DNA of 64,000 nucleotides from a candidate division WOR-3 bacterium (GTDB lineage Bacteria; Hydrothermota; UBA3072): NCBI GenBank assembly GCA_023131835.1, contig JAGLZA010000024.1, positions 2,377 to 66,376 of the forward strand, read 5' to 3'. Shown piece by piece: positions 26,139 to 35,366 of this stretch (position 1 is its first letter; each line of letters starts with the position of its first letter). The notes under the pieces were generated by a model. It saw only the letters and a program-made list of their open reading frames with translations, ran no database searches and was not told where the DNA came from. The position numbers and the translations under genes were made by a program.

Positions 26139-29100
26139 TCACAGCATCTTCTTTATTAGCTCGTCCGCAGACAAAATCGGATTTTTCACACTTGTTTGTA
26201 TGGCTGCCCATGGGTCTTTTCTTCGTTTTTTGAGCTTTTCTTTATCTTTAGGTTTGATGGGTGGTTTGATTACGGGTGGAGGTGGTATTCTTAAGAATGG
26301 TGGTACATAAGGTGGAATAATTGTTACAGGAGGTTTGTAAGGTGGTGTTACTGGTGGTGTTACTGGTGGTGTTACTGGTGGTGTTACTGGTGGTGTTACT
26401 GGTGGTGTTACTGGTGGTGTTACTGGTGGTGTTACTGGTGGTGTTACTGGTGGTGTTACTGGTATTGACGGTGGAATAAATGATCTTGTAGAAATAACAA
26501 TCGATGGAAAAACAAAATGTTTATATGGTCTTTGTACAGATGGAACAACCCCTCTTACTTTTGGTATTAACTGTATCATATGAGGGATTCGCATTTTCCT
26601 ATCAAATATACCTAATCTTGGTGGAGCACGACCATAATAATCATACATACCATATAAATCTGTTCTCTTTCGGATATAACCATAATCATAATAATCATAA
26701 GGTGTTTTTTTCTTAATTACTTTTGGAGGTACTTTAGGTTTGAGTTCTTTAGGAAGCTTAAATGGTGGTCCAAACACTCTTATACTAGGAGCTAATGTAA
26801 CAGCAGCGGCTTTGGATTCCATCATGCCCATTATACTCCTTACTCTCATTTGAGTTTCAAGGAATTTGGTACCAGCAGGAGACAAAGCAGCTTGTACTAT
26901 TTCAGGTCTGACTTCTGCTAATTCTTTTTGTTTAAGAGCGTATTCTTCCCATTTTTTAAGAATACCTTCCATCTTTTTAACTTCTTTTAGTTTTCTCTCT
27001 CTTAATATTTTTGGAAGTGTCTTTGCTTTGATCTTTTCCATTTCTATTAATGTTTTCCCTTGTTGTACAAACCGAGCAAGATCTTTTATTCGGCGAGCCT
27101 TTGGTAGTAATAGTACTTCTCCTCTCTTCTCTATCATTTGAATAACCGAACCAAAACTTCGCTGAAATTCCTCACCTAACGTAGTTATTGGAATTTTTTT
27201 ATGTCTCATCCACCATGATTCTTTTACTCCCGTTGCTAATTCCACTTTTATTGGTTTCTGAGGTTTTAAACCAAACTCAAAGGGTTCACTCTTTGGATGA
27301 ACATCAAACACAGTCTCCCATGTTCCCTTTATCTTTTCAGCACCAATTAGAGTAGATCCCTTAGGAGAAATCTTAATCTTAACCGAATACATATGCCATG
27401 CTGGTTGAATATCTACTATAACATTCTCTCTACCAAGTATTTCTCTCATGGTATTTGCTAAATCATTTGCAGCTTTTTTAGGTGTTAAACCTTTAGATAC
27501 TTCTATATCTATGTCGTGTGGTGTTATTCCTCGTTCCATTTGTGCTCTCTTTGCTGCACTTCCATAAATCATTATTTGATGTCTATGTCTTCTAAGATAT
27601 GCTGCAGCTTTGCCTATTGCTGTCTTAGGCAAAAACTCTATTGCAGCTAAATCTATTGATTCTAATAACAATGATTTCTTTCTACCAAGTTTCTCAGACA
27701 AGTAAAAAGCTCCTTCATAGAGTTCTTTTTGTTTTGGTGCTAATAACCTCTTCATACTTGGAATTGTATACCTCGCTTCCAATCCTGTAAATACTCTCAT
27801 TCCTGTTGGTAGTTCAAATTTTGGTGTACCTACTGTTAAACCTCTAAAAGGTACACCTTTTGGTGCAGTTGTTATACCCACAACTGGTTTGATACCTCCA
27901 TAAGGGATACTGGATGGACGAGCTAAATATAAACCTCTATGCACAGCCATTTCTGGTGTCATAAATGTTACTTTCTTCACTAAAGGTATTCTACTTGGTT
28001 CTACCTTAGCAAGTTCTGCAAATCCTCCTGCCTCTTGGATTGCTTTTATCTCTTTCGGAACTCTTCCTAAGAAGGTACGTCTTGTTATGAATGTTCCTTT
28101 TCCTGTTGGAAACTTTAGTGGTCCAGTATACTTTATTGGAGAAACACGTCCAACTCCTTTTGTAATGAGAGCCATCCCAGCCATCTCACCTGCAAATTCT
28201 ACAGGTCGTTTGTAAGCCTCTCTTGTCATTCCTCTTGCCATAAATATTGATCCAGGTAGTGCAGCAGAAACCATGATTTTTGGTTCTCTAATAAGTGCTT
28301 CTCCTGCAGGTAATATCATACCACCAAACTGAACTAATGGAGCAGGAGCTTTTATCACACCTCTTCCAAACGCAATAAATTCACGAGCAATAGGTGTTTT
28401 TGGAAGTGGTTTTTCCATTATTGGTTCTATTTTTTTAGTGTACCACTGTGCAAATTTTCCTGTCTTTTCATAGATAGGTGCTGTCCAATATCTTCCTGCA
28501 GCCCACTCTTTAGAAGCTCCTTTAGGTGGAGTAGTTGCTGCTTGTGCTCGTGTTGTGAGCTGAACAATTCCTTCAGCTTTGTCTGTAAATCTCTTAATAT
28601 CACTTCCAAACGCCCCTGCTCCATATTTAATATTATACTTATCAATATGTCCATATTCTTCACTAAGTTTAGCAAGCTCCGGAGGTTTTACAGCTAAATG
28701 TTGTTGATACTTAGCCCATTCTGTTTCTTTATATGGGGTGTCTAAGATTACTTCACCTTTTGGTGTCTTCTTCCAACCCTTAAACTCCTTTTCCCAACGA
28801 GCTGATTCTGCTTGGTAGGTTGTTACAGGCTTGGTTCTTGACAAACGGTCCAAGTCGGACAAGTAAGATGAAAGAGTTACTCCTTTCTTAAGTCCAAGAT
28901 CTCTTTCAATTTGTTTTTCCCTTTCTTCGTACGAAATCCCCCCACCGACACCAAAACCAGTTTTTGTCATTCGCTCAGCTACTTGTTCAGCTTTTAATCC
29001 TTCTTTGATCCACATTCCACCCCTTATACCGAGCTTCTCACCAAGTTCTCTTGGCTTCTCTATAAGTATCTCTTTTGGTACTGATACAACTTTTCTTATT

Positions 29101-29774
29101 GATGGTAATATTGGAATTACTGCTTTTGCTCCCACTAATCCTATTCTTTTTAGATGAATTTTTGTAGGTTCAAATAGTATATCTTTAAACTTAGGAGGTT
29201 CTTTAGTTGGCTCAAATTTACTTCTATAAGCGGAAACATCGTATCCTCCTTTTTTTAGTTCTTGATAGGCTTCTTTGGTCGAAGGTTTTACATACGAAGG
29301 CAGTGGCTTTGTTGGTTTAACATAACCAAAAGTAGTAGAATAAACACCAATACCTTTTATTTTTTCAATAATAGGACTTATCTTTTTTTTAATAATAGGA
29401 ATTACTTTTTCTTTAGTAATAGTAGAAATAGGTATCCTATATATAGGTGTAGGTTTAGGTGGTTTAAATCTGGGTTTAGGTGGTTCAACATGTACCAATT
29501 TTCGTTCATGTGGAGGAGGCATTGGTAATCTCTCAAACCTACTTCTGTAAGCACTTACATCATATCCCCATGTCTTAAGTTCTTCATAGGCTTCTTTCGT
29601 GCTTGGCTGTACGTAACTTGGCAACGGTTTTAATCCATGTTTTGTCGGATCTAAAGGTTTACAATCGAAAATATTTTGTACTCCGTCTTTGTCTGTATCA
29701 GAAAAAGGAGCATACAATAAAGGATTCTTTTTCCTACCTATTTTTTTTGTTGTCATCCTACTATTCTTTAACAC
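26139..29774 (-). CDS. Giant (1211 aa) lysine/proline-rich protein with an N-terminal TSP3-like Ca-binding motif, internal repeats, a nucleotidyltransferase-fold-like motif and a C-terminal (PVTP)n low-complexity tract.
   Basis: N-terminal SDTDKDGVQNIFDCKPLDPTKHG. The unit LPSYV.PSTKEAY.ELK..GYDVSAYRS.FE occurs twice. IMIYGSAAKR...HDIDIEV resembles a pol-beta-like NTase core (weak). VTPP repeats 10 times near the C-terminus. No signal peptide. Confidence 0.75.
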   Translation of the reverse strand: MLKNSRMTTKKIGRKKNPLLYAPFSDTDKDGVQNIFDCKPLDPTKHGLKPLPSYVQPSTKEAYEELKTWGYDVSAYRSRFERLPMPPPHERKLVHVEPPKPRFKPPKPTPIYRIPISTITKEKVIPIIKKKISPIIEKIKGIGVYSTTFGYVKPTKPLPSYVKPSTKEAYQELKKGGYDVSAYRSKFEPTKEPPKFKDILFEPTKIHLKRIGLVGAKAVIPILPSIRKVVSVPKEILIEKPRELGEKLGIRGGMWIKEGLKAEQVAERMTKTGFGVGGGISYEEREKQIERDLGLKKGVTLSSYLSDLDRLSRTKPVTTYQAESARWEKEFKGWKKTPKGEVILDTPYKETEWAKYQQHLAVKPPELAKLSEEYGHIDKYNIKYGAGAFGSDIKRFTDKAEGIVQLTTRAQAATTPPKGASKEWAAGRYWTAPIYEKTGKFAQWYTKKIEPIMEKPLPKTPIAREFIAFGRGVIKAPAPLVQFGGMILPAGEALIREPKIMVSAALPGSIFMARGMTREAYKRPVEFAGEMAGMALITKGVGRVSPIKYTGPLKFPTGKGTFITRRTFLGRVPKEIKAIQEAGGFAELAKVEPSRIPLVKKVTFMTPEMAVHRGLYLARPSSIPYGGIKPVVGITTAPKGVPFRGLTVGTPKFELPTGMRVFTGLEARYTIPSMKRLLAPKQKELYEGAFYLSEKLGRKKSLLLESIDLAAIEFLPKTAIGKAAAYLRRHRHQIMIYGSAAKRAQMERGITPHDIDIEVSKGLTPKKAANDLANTMREILGRENVIVDIQPAWHMYSVKIKISPKGSTLIGAEKIKGTWETVFDVHPKSEPFEFGLKPQKPIKVELATGVKESWWMRHKKIPITTLGEEFQRSFGSVIQMIEKRGEVLLLPKARRIKDLARFVQQGKTLIEMEKIKAKTLPKILRERKLKEVKKMEGILKKWEEYALKQKELAEVRPEIVQAALSPAGTKFLETQMRVRSIMGMMESKAAAVTLAPSIRVFGPPFKLPKELKPKVPPKVIKKKTPYDYYDYGYIRKRTDLYGMYDYYGRAPPRLGIFDRKMRIPHMIQLIPKVRGVVPSVQRPYKHFVFPSIVISTRSFIPPSIPVTPPVTPPVTPPVTPPVTPPVTPPVTPPVTPPVTPPVTPPYKPPVTIIPPYVPPFLRIPPPPVIKPPIKPKDKEKLKKRRKDPWAAIQTSVKNPILSADELIKKML
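26341..26460 (-). repeat. Perfect tandem repeat, 12 nt x 10 (GGTGGTGTTACT on the plus strand). It is in-frame and encodes (PVTP)n.
   Basis: Read directly from the sequence. Degenerate partial units flank the run. Confidence 0.9.
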
Positions 29775-30120
29775 CCATTAATAGATGTGTTATCTTATCT
29801 TGATCACCTCCACGTAAAACTCTAATGGTATTTAGCCCCTCCTTCGTTAGTTTATACAACACACTACCTCTTCTTTTTATTGGTTCTCTCACTGTTTTTT
29901 CAGAATTTTTTTTCGTGGTTTTGACTTTCCCAGCTACCCAACCCCTATGCACCAAAATTCTCATAACCTTCACACCGGACGGTATAGTACCTCGTATTTT
30001 TGCCACTGATGGACAATTTAGTCGGAGTTCCTTTGCAGTCGCTAACCCTGCGTGGTCTGAAAAATAGACTAGCGATTCAACTAGTGCATTTGTTGTTGTG
30101 GCTTTTTGTCCTCTTACCAT
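29761..30120 (-). CDS. Winged-helix-like DNA-binding protein (119 aa), putative.
   Basis: Basic protein. ...SVLYKLTKEGLNTIRVL is wH-like. It overlaps the start of the 1211-aa gene by 14 nt. Confidence 0.4.
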   Translation of the reverse strand: MVRGQKATTTNALVESLVYFSDHAGLATAKELRLNCPSVAKIRGTIPSGVKVMRILVHRGWVAGKVKTTKKNSEKTVREPIKRRGSVLYKLTKEGLNTIRVLRGGDQDKITHLLMGVKE

Positions 30121-30333
30121 TTTTTGGTTTTATCTCCCTTTTTATATATTTTTTAAAGATACTCTATAACCTGCATCCCTTCCCTTCTTTACTAATTTAT
30201 GAAAATACTTTGATTTTTCATCCTTAAATTTCATCTTACCACCCTTAGTATCAAGATAAAAACCTTCAGGCTCAATTTCTAAATAAAGGGGTTTCCTTTT
30301 TCTTCTTAGTTGTCTTACACATTTTTTTACCTC

Positions 30334-30489
30334 CTATTTAACAAAAATTACTATTGAAGGTTCTCCTTCATCACCCGCTCGTACTTCTACACTACGTTTA
30401 TGCGGTATTGTTTTCCCTATAACATCATCTACATCGCTTAGTACGTATCCTATATCTTCATCAATCTTTTCAAGTATTACCTTTGTCAT
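30334..30489 (-). CDS. Small acidic protein (51 aa), paralog of 24170..24349.
   Basis: Hand translation gives MTKVILEKIDEDIGYVLSDVDDVIGKTIPHKRSVEVRAGDEGEPSIVIFVK. The stop is followed directly by GGAGGTAAAAAAATG. Confidence 0.4.
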   Translation of the reverse strand: MTKVILEKIDEDIGYVLSDVDDVIGKTIPHKRSVEVRAGDEGEPSIVIFVK

Positions 30490-30511
30490 TTTTTTTTGCA
30501 TCCCACTAAAA

Positions 30512-30919
30512 TTATTTAACTTTCTCCAAAACCCTTGGTTTGTTTCTCTTTACCCAACTAAGTAATTTACGAGAACTATCGTAGCAATCATTATTTTGGT
30601 CCTTTATTGCAGTGATTGTTCTATATTTAGTTTGGGCTTTTACGTAATCAATCATTTTCTTTTTCGTATCAAACTCATCCCAAGTCAATCCATCTCCTAT
30701 GTGTCTCCCATCAGACCAATCTCCATATAATGCTATATCCACATCTGTTAATCCTTTCTCTCGTAATGCCTTAATCCAGGCACCCTCTGCCATCTTCTTT
30801 CGCTTACCTTTCCTTACTTCGTGTCCCCAAAACCCAACACCACCTGATATCGCTTTGCCTAGAGATATTATCTCCTTCTCACTTAATCTAACTTTTCTTA
30901 ATTCTGTTACCAAACTCAT
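30512..30919 (-). CDS. Hypothetical protein (135 aa).
   Basis: ORF from the track. No recognisable domain. Confidence 0.45.
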   Translation of the reverse strand: MSLVTELRKVRLSEKEIISLGKAISGGVGFWGHEVRKGKRKKMAEGAWIKALREKGLTDVDIALYGDWSDGRHIGDGLTWDEFDTKKKMIDYVKAQTKYRTITAIKDQNNDCYDSSRKLLSWVKRNKPRVLEKVK

Positions 30920-30972
30920 TTTTTTTGCCTCTTAGATAATATTATATACTACCTGTATATAAACTTTTATAT

Positions 30973-31872
30973 TTAATACGCCAAAAACTCTGATTCATCT
31001 TTTTTCATTTTCTCTTCTTCTATCTTCCGCTCTGCTTTAGCCTTAGCAAACGCAACCTCAAGCTTCTTCATCTCCCTAATCTCTATCGCTTTTTTGTAAA
31101 CCTCTTTCTTAAATTCCTCTCTTTTCTCTTCGTACCTTTCCCACATCTTTTGTGGTGGATGTGGCACATCAATCGCAATAATACGCGAATTATCCGCTCG
31201 TGGTATCTTCTTCATAATTTCTTCAACAAACGGATTAAAAACCCAGAACCTGATTGCACATTCAATATAAAATTCGTTGTACATCTTACCTTGAAACTCA
31301 CGTTTAATCTTTTTCTTACGTAACGGAGACATAAAACCCTGAACTATCTGACGCACACGCAGATCACCCCACGACGCTACAGGTAGCGTCAGAAACTCTA
31401 TTAGACCGTCCGTTCTGAATACCTGAAAAATATCCGTGATGGCAAGGTTCTCCTGATTCATAAACCTTCGCGAACTCGCACTAAACGTACTACCGAACTC
31501 CTCCCACATTACTGCATTACCCTTATGCAAATCGCCACTATTTAATAGTTCTATCCAATCTTCCATACCGAATACTACTCTGTCTAAATTAAACCCTGGA
31601 TCAATTAACATGGAAATACCGAGCATAGCACTCGATTTACCCTTACCTCGATGACCCGAACAGAAAAAATCCCAATTGGCATTACCGTACATTGCAGTTT
31701 CGCGTAGGTAACCGAAGATGTCAAATGATTCCTGTGCTAAATTTAGTTTGGGTTTTTTATCTTCTCTGGTCTTTTTGTGTTTATCAAATTCTTTACGGTG
31801 TTTAAAGTAGATGTGGATCTGTAGACCCTGCTGTGTAAATTCCTTACCGCAATATGGACATTTTATTTTCAT
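30973..31872 (-). CDS. P-loop NTPase with an N-terminal C2H2-like zinc finger (299 aa).
   Basis: N-terminal CPYCGKEFTQQGLQIHIYFKH. Walker A-like GHRGKGKSS. A hydrophobic-D/E stretch VVFGMEDW could serve as Walker B. Confidence 0.55.
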   Translation of the reverse strand: MKIKCPYCGKEFTQQGLQIHIYFKHRKEFDKHKKTREDKKPKLNLAQESFDIFGYLRETAMYGNANWDFFCSGHRGKGKSSAMLGISMLIDPGFNLDRVVFGMEDWIELLNSGDLHKGNAVMWEEFGSTFSASSRRFMNQENLAITDIFQVFRTDGLIEFLTLPVASWGDLRVRQIVQGFMSPLRKKKIKREFQGKMYNEFYIECAIRFWVFNPFVEEIMKKIPRADNSRIIAIDVPHPPQKMWERYEEKREEFKKEVYKKAIEIREMKKLEVAFAKAKAERKIEEEKMKKDESEFLAY

Positions 31873-32285
31873 AGTACATTCTCAATCGCTCTATTAATTA
31901 ACTCTAACGGAAATTCATAGTCATCACTTTTTAATTTTTCATCAACTACTAAAAATTGTTCCTCACTACTTTTCTCATGAAAATACACATCCTCTTGTAT
32001 TAAGTTTAATACATAATTTCCAACTTCTTCCTCTATACATTCTAAACACCATTTTTTTGGTTCATAATCAATTGTGCACTCAAATAGCTCACCGCATACA
32101 ACTTTGCATTTTTCACATACCAACTTACCCGCTATTTTTTTTGTATCGTCCCAAATTAACCAGTTATGACAATGAGGACATTGGATCCTATCCCTTTTGT
32201 AGTTCTGCGGTTTCCATGTTCTCTCACAATAAGGACATTTCAAAACCTTTACCTTTACTTCGATTATCTCAGCTTTTTTGTTCAT
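31869..32285 (-). CDS. Multi-zinc-ribbon protein (138 aa), ATGA-coupled to the P-loop NTPase.
   Basis: Three pairs of CxxC motifs: CPYC..CPHC, CEKC..C, and CLEC. Confidence 0.5.
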   Translation of the reverse strand: MNKKAEIIEVKVKVLKCPYCERTWKPQNYKRDRIQCPHCHNWLIWDDTKKIAGKLVCEKCKVVCGELFECTIDYEPKKWCLECIEEEVGNYVLNLIQEDVYFHEKSSEEQFLVVDEKLKSDDYEFPLELINRAIENVL

Positions 32286-32311
32286 TATTTTAGGTTTTAT
32301 AAAATATAAAA

Positions 32312-32740
32312 TTATTCTGATTCCTTCTCGGATTCAGAAGCAAGTTCCTTAGACTCTTCTATTTTTTCACCTGTATATGGTTCCCAATCCGCAGTATATT
32401 TTAGTGCGATATCTCTTTTTGTGAGCCACCCCACACTATATAAAAATTGTATAAACTCAGCATAAAGTAAGAAACACGATTTGTAGTCTTTTATTCTGCC
32501 TTCTTCATCTAAGTATTTTGCCTTCTCTATTATGAAACCTTCGTCGCCATCCCAATACGGCTGTGTAGACGAAATCGCAAATGAAAGGCTTCTGGACATT
32601 TTTGGGAAATTCCCCTCATAAACGCTATCCATAAATTTTGAGAGCGTTCCAAAAACGAGTCCTTCGATTCCAAAACTTTTCGGAAATCCAGCCATTTCGG
32701 CTGATATCTCATATTTTTTTACTATTTTCTTAGTTGGCAT
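32312..32740 (-). CDS. Hypothetical protein with an acidic C-terminus (142 aa).
   Basis: ORF from the track. Confidence 0.45.
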   Translation of the reverse strand: MPTKKIVKKYEISAEMAGFPKSFGIEGLVFGTLSKFMDSVYEGNFPKMSRSLSFAISSTQPYWDGDEGFIIEKAKYLDEEGRIKDYKSCFLLYAEFIQFLYSVGWLTKRDIALKYTADWEPYTGEKIEESKELASESEKESE

Positions 32741-32742
32741 TT

Positions 32743-33114
32743 TTAGATCGGTATATAACCTCCAAAGGTGTTTAAAGACGTAATACCCAATTTATCTAAT
32801 TCCACATCCAATTTTTCAGAAATCTCTAATCCCTTCTTAAAATGTAATCTTTTTTTCTCTTCATTTTCAGGTACTTCCTTATTAAACCAATTCTTAACAT
32901 CTGTTTTAAGTCCATTATTCATGTTGTTTTTAACTAAAAGAAACACCTCGTGGATTATTATGAAAAAATCGGACGCTTGATTATCGAATGGCATCTTCTT
33001 CTTGAAAAACAATCGCTCACGTAGAAGAGTCTTAACACGGAAATACTCGATCACCTTATCTTCGATGTATAAAGGTAATCCTTCTTGTTTTATGGTAGTT
33101 CCTTCTTCTGACAT
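32743..33114 (-). CDS. Hypothetical protein (123 aa).
   Basis: ORF from the track. Confidence 0.45.
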   Translation of the reverse strand: MSEEGTTIKQEGLPLYIEDKVIEYFRVKTLLRERLFFKKKMPFDNQASDFFIIIHEVFLLVKNNMNNGLKTDVKNWFNKEVPENEEKKRLHFKKGLEISEKLDVELDKLGITSLNTFGGYIPI

Positions 33115-33116
33115 AC

Positions 33117-34094
33117 TTAGATAGCTCCAGCTTTTTTTAGTTCGCTTAAAAAGAACTTTTCACCGTCAGGTCGCATAATATCTGATTCCCAAATAAAGAT
33201 AGGTATCCAACTGTACTTTTTATAATGTTTTTTCCTGTTCTTTAAATCATCATATGGAACTTTTTTATTTAGCAATGCAGAATGCCAATAATCACCAAGT
33301 ATCTCAATTACGAACTTTTTCCCATATACATATAAGATAAAATCGGGGTTGCACACTTTAGTACCGTTATTTCTCTTAGGTATCCAAAAATTTCCATCAC
33401 CTGTATAGGTAGCTGGTACATCATTTTTTATGGTGAACTCTTCACATCTTATTTCGGGTTTAGTATGATGTCTTGGGATTTTTTGATGCATGCGGTGTTC
33501 CCTATTTTTCTGGTTATTTTCTTCTGTGTGTTTCATACCGAAAAATGGATTTCCCTCACCACTAAACATCTCACTTAATTCTTTTTTAAATACTTCTCCT
33601 TCTTCTGAATTATAAAAAATAGTTAATCCTTTACCTATACTATCTCTGTGATCTTTGGATAAAGGAATACCACTTTTAGATTTACTAATCTTTTTCTTTA
33701 ATATGTCCCCTTCCTCACTTTGATATGTTTTTATTTTAGATTTACTTAAATTCTCTGCTGCTTTAGCAAGTCTTTCATCTGTTTCTTTTGTTTTACCCTT
33801 GCTCCATGCAACTCTACCTCTATTTTGATGTCCCGCAATGTATTTATTTTTTAGTTTAGTCACTCTACCACCACAACCGCATGCACAGAATGGTAGTTCT
33901 GGTGTTTCTGGTGGTAGTCGTTTACCCTCTTTAACTTCTTTATTTATTCTACGTGTTTCTTTTATTTTTTCTACCACCTCTTTAGGACGAGGTTTACCCT
34001 TACATGTGCTTGATTTTCCTTTTCTATTATGTCCTTGTATATATCTTCTTCCAGGTTCTGCTTCTCCTCCACAGCCGCATTCACATAATGTCAT
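33117..34094 (-). CDS. Vsr-like endonuclease with N-terminal double zinc ribbon and NUMOD3-like repeats (Vsr-3).
   Basis: CECGCGG...GHNRKG and CACGCGG...GHQNRGRVAW ribbons. YQSEEG and NPFFGMKHTEE repeats. C-terminal IEILGDYWHSALLNKK...SWIPIFIWESDI nuclease core. Confidence 0.75.
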   Translation of the reverse strand: MTLCECGCGGEAEPGRRYIQGHNRKGKSSTCKGKPRPKEVVEKIKETRRINKEVKEGKRLPPETPELPFCACGCGGRVTKLKNKYIAGHQNRGRVAWSKGKTKETDERLAKAAENLSKSKIKTYQSEEGDILKKKISKSKSGIPLSKDHRDSIGKGLTIFYNSEEGEVFKKELSEMFSGEGNPFFGMKHTEENNQKNREHRMHQKIPRHHTKPEIRCEEFTIKNDVPATYTGDGNFWIPKRNNGTKVCNPDFILYVYGKKFVIEILGDYWHSALLNKKVPYDDLKNRKKHYKKYSWIPIFIWESDIMRPDGEKFFLSELKKAGAI

Positions 34095-34104
34095 TTTTCC
34101 ATTC

Positions 34105-34863
34105 CTATCCTACCACAATTTTATAAGCTATGGCAGATCCCATTAGGAGCATAATACAAATTATTACGTACGGAAATATCTTAGGCACTTCTAGCCCTTT
34201 CATACGTTCCCACGCTCTTTTTTCGATTACTGAAATTGTACCATCTAAATGCGCTGCCATTAACGCAGGTGTGCGTATATACTCGTCCACAGCAGAAAAA
34301 ATAAATTGTCCATCCTCGATAAATGCTGTTTTTAATTCGTGTTGCACTTTTTCTATCTTCTTTGCCAACTCCTTATCCTCTATCTCATCTGGACGTAATT
34401 GCATGATCATATCATAGCGATTAAAGATCTTTGGATTTGGTAGATCTTTCCACATCGCCTCCCAATCGTTCTCCGCTAGGATATGCTTAATTGTTCGTAT
34501 CGCTGCTACCACCTTCGGTGAAGTCGCCATCGCATACTTACTGTAGTAGTTAATTATCTTGATACCTCTGCTACTTTCAGTAATTGCCGCATCCGGTATG
34601 AACTTCACATTATGTTGTGGTATGTCATACATAGGCATGCCTTCTTTCTTATCTCCCTTACGTTTAGGTGTTAGAAACTCCACACCACGTAACGTCGTAT
34701 GTATCAACACTAGAGGACGTCCAGTCATACCCGCTTTAAGTATCGCTCTCGCTTGTGGATACTTGTATAACATAATCAAAACTACCATTATTCCCATTAG
34801 CGATAACGCCATAACTACTATTAATCCCAAAATTAAAAAGGAATTAACTGCTACCATCGCCAT
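34105..34863 (-). CDS. Membrane protein with N-terminal TM helices and a C-terminal TM helix (252 aa).
   Basis: Hydrophobic N-terminus and C-terminus. Leader motif upstream. Confidence 0.5.
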   Translation of the reverse strand: MAMVAVNSFLILGLIVVMALSLMGIMVVLIMLYKYPQARAILKAGMTGRPLVLIHTTLRGVEFLTPKRKGDKKEGMPMYDIPQHNVKFIPDAAITESSRGIKIINYYSKYAMATSPKVVAAIRTIKHILAENDWEAMWKDLPNPKIFNRYDMIMQLRPDEIEDKELAKKIEKVQHELKTAFIEDGQFIFSAVDEYIRTPALMAAHLDGTISVIEKRAWERMKGLEVPKIFPYVIICIMLLMGSAIAYKIVVG

Positions 34864-34864
34864 T

Positions 34865-35143
34865 TTATCTCTTTATGCCTCCTATTTCTTTTATTCTATG
34901 ATAAATCATCGTTTGGTTCACCATGATAAGCATTAACAATAATATTACTGTCCAAAAAAGAACTATACATACTTTTTGAAATGATGCAATCTCAAATAAA
35001 GCTAAATCACGCATAATAAATATAATTGTTAATCCCATAAACCAAGCAACAGCAGTAGTTATATCTATATTTTCAATACGACTGAGTATATCTTTAAAAA
35101 CTTGTATGGATTGTTTTCCCTTATTTATACTTTGCTCTTTCCC
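34865..35143 (-). CDS. Small membrane protein (about 92 aa; the track ORF 34865..35236 is over-extended).
   Basis: AGGAGG lies 12 nt upstream of an internal ATG (MKEGKEQ...). The longer ORF overlaps the upstream gene out of frame. Confidence 0.4.
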   Translation of the reverse strand, partial: GKEQSINKGKQSIQVFKDILSRIENIDITTAVAWFMGLTIIFIMRDLALFEIASFQKVCIVLFWTVILLLMLIMVNQTMIYHRIKEIGGIKR

Positions 35144-35151
35144 TTCTTTCA

Positions 35152-35364
35152 TTATCTTTTTACGCCTCCTATTATCCATAAGATAATTAACATAAAAAAT
35201 ACCAAAGTAATCATTGTACCTAATATCGAAATCCAAGTATTAGGATAGAAATATACACCTAATATTCCAGGCATAAATATCAAAATAACAAAACCTACAC
35301 CCTTAACTAAGTCTAACAATGTTGCTGGCTCATCGCTTGGTTCATATCCTATAACACATCTCAT
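35152..35364 (-). CDS. Small two-TM membrane protein (70 aa).
   Basis: ORF from the track. The CCTCCTAT leader motif lies upstream. Confidence 0.45.
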   Translation of the reverse strand: MRCVIGYEPSDEPATLLDLVKGVGFVILIFMPGILGVYFYPNTWISILGTMITLVFFMLIILWIIGGVKR

Positions 35365-35366
35365 TT

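Noticed and set aside
26341-26460. The tandem 12-mer array could be mistaken for a CRISPR or minisatellite locus.
   Set aside because: There are no spacers. The units are contiguous and in frame within a long ORF, encoding (PVTP)n.
34865-35236. Track ORF of 123 aa overlapping 35152..35364 by 85 nt.
   Set aside because: The upstream part has no RBS and overlaps the neighbouring gene out of frame. An internal ATG with AGGAGG gives a 92-aa gene (34865..35143) that abuts the upstream stop.
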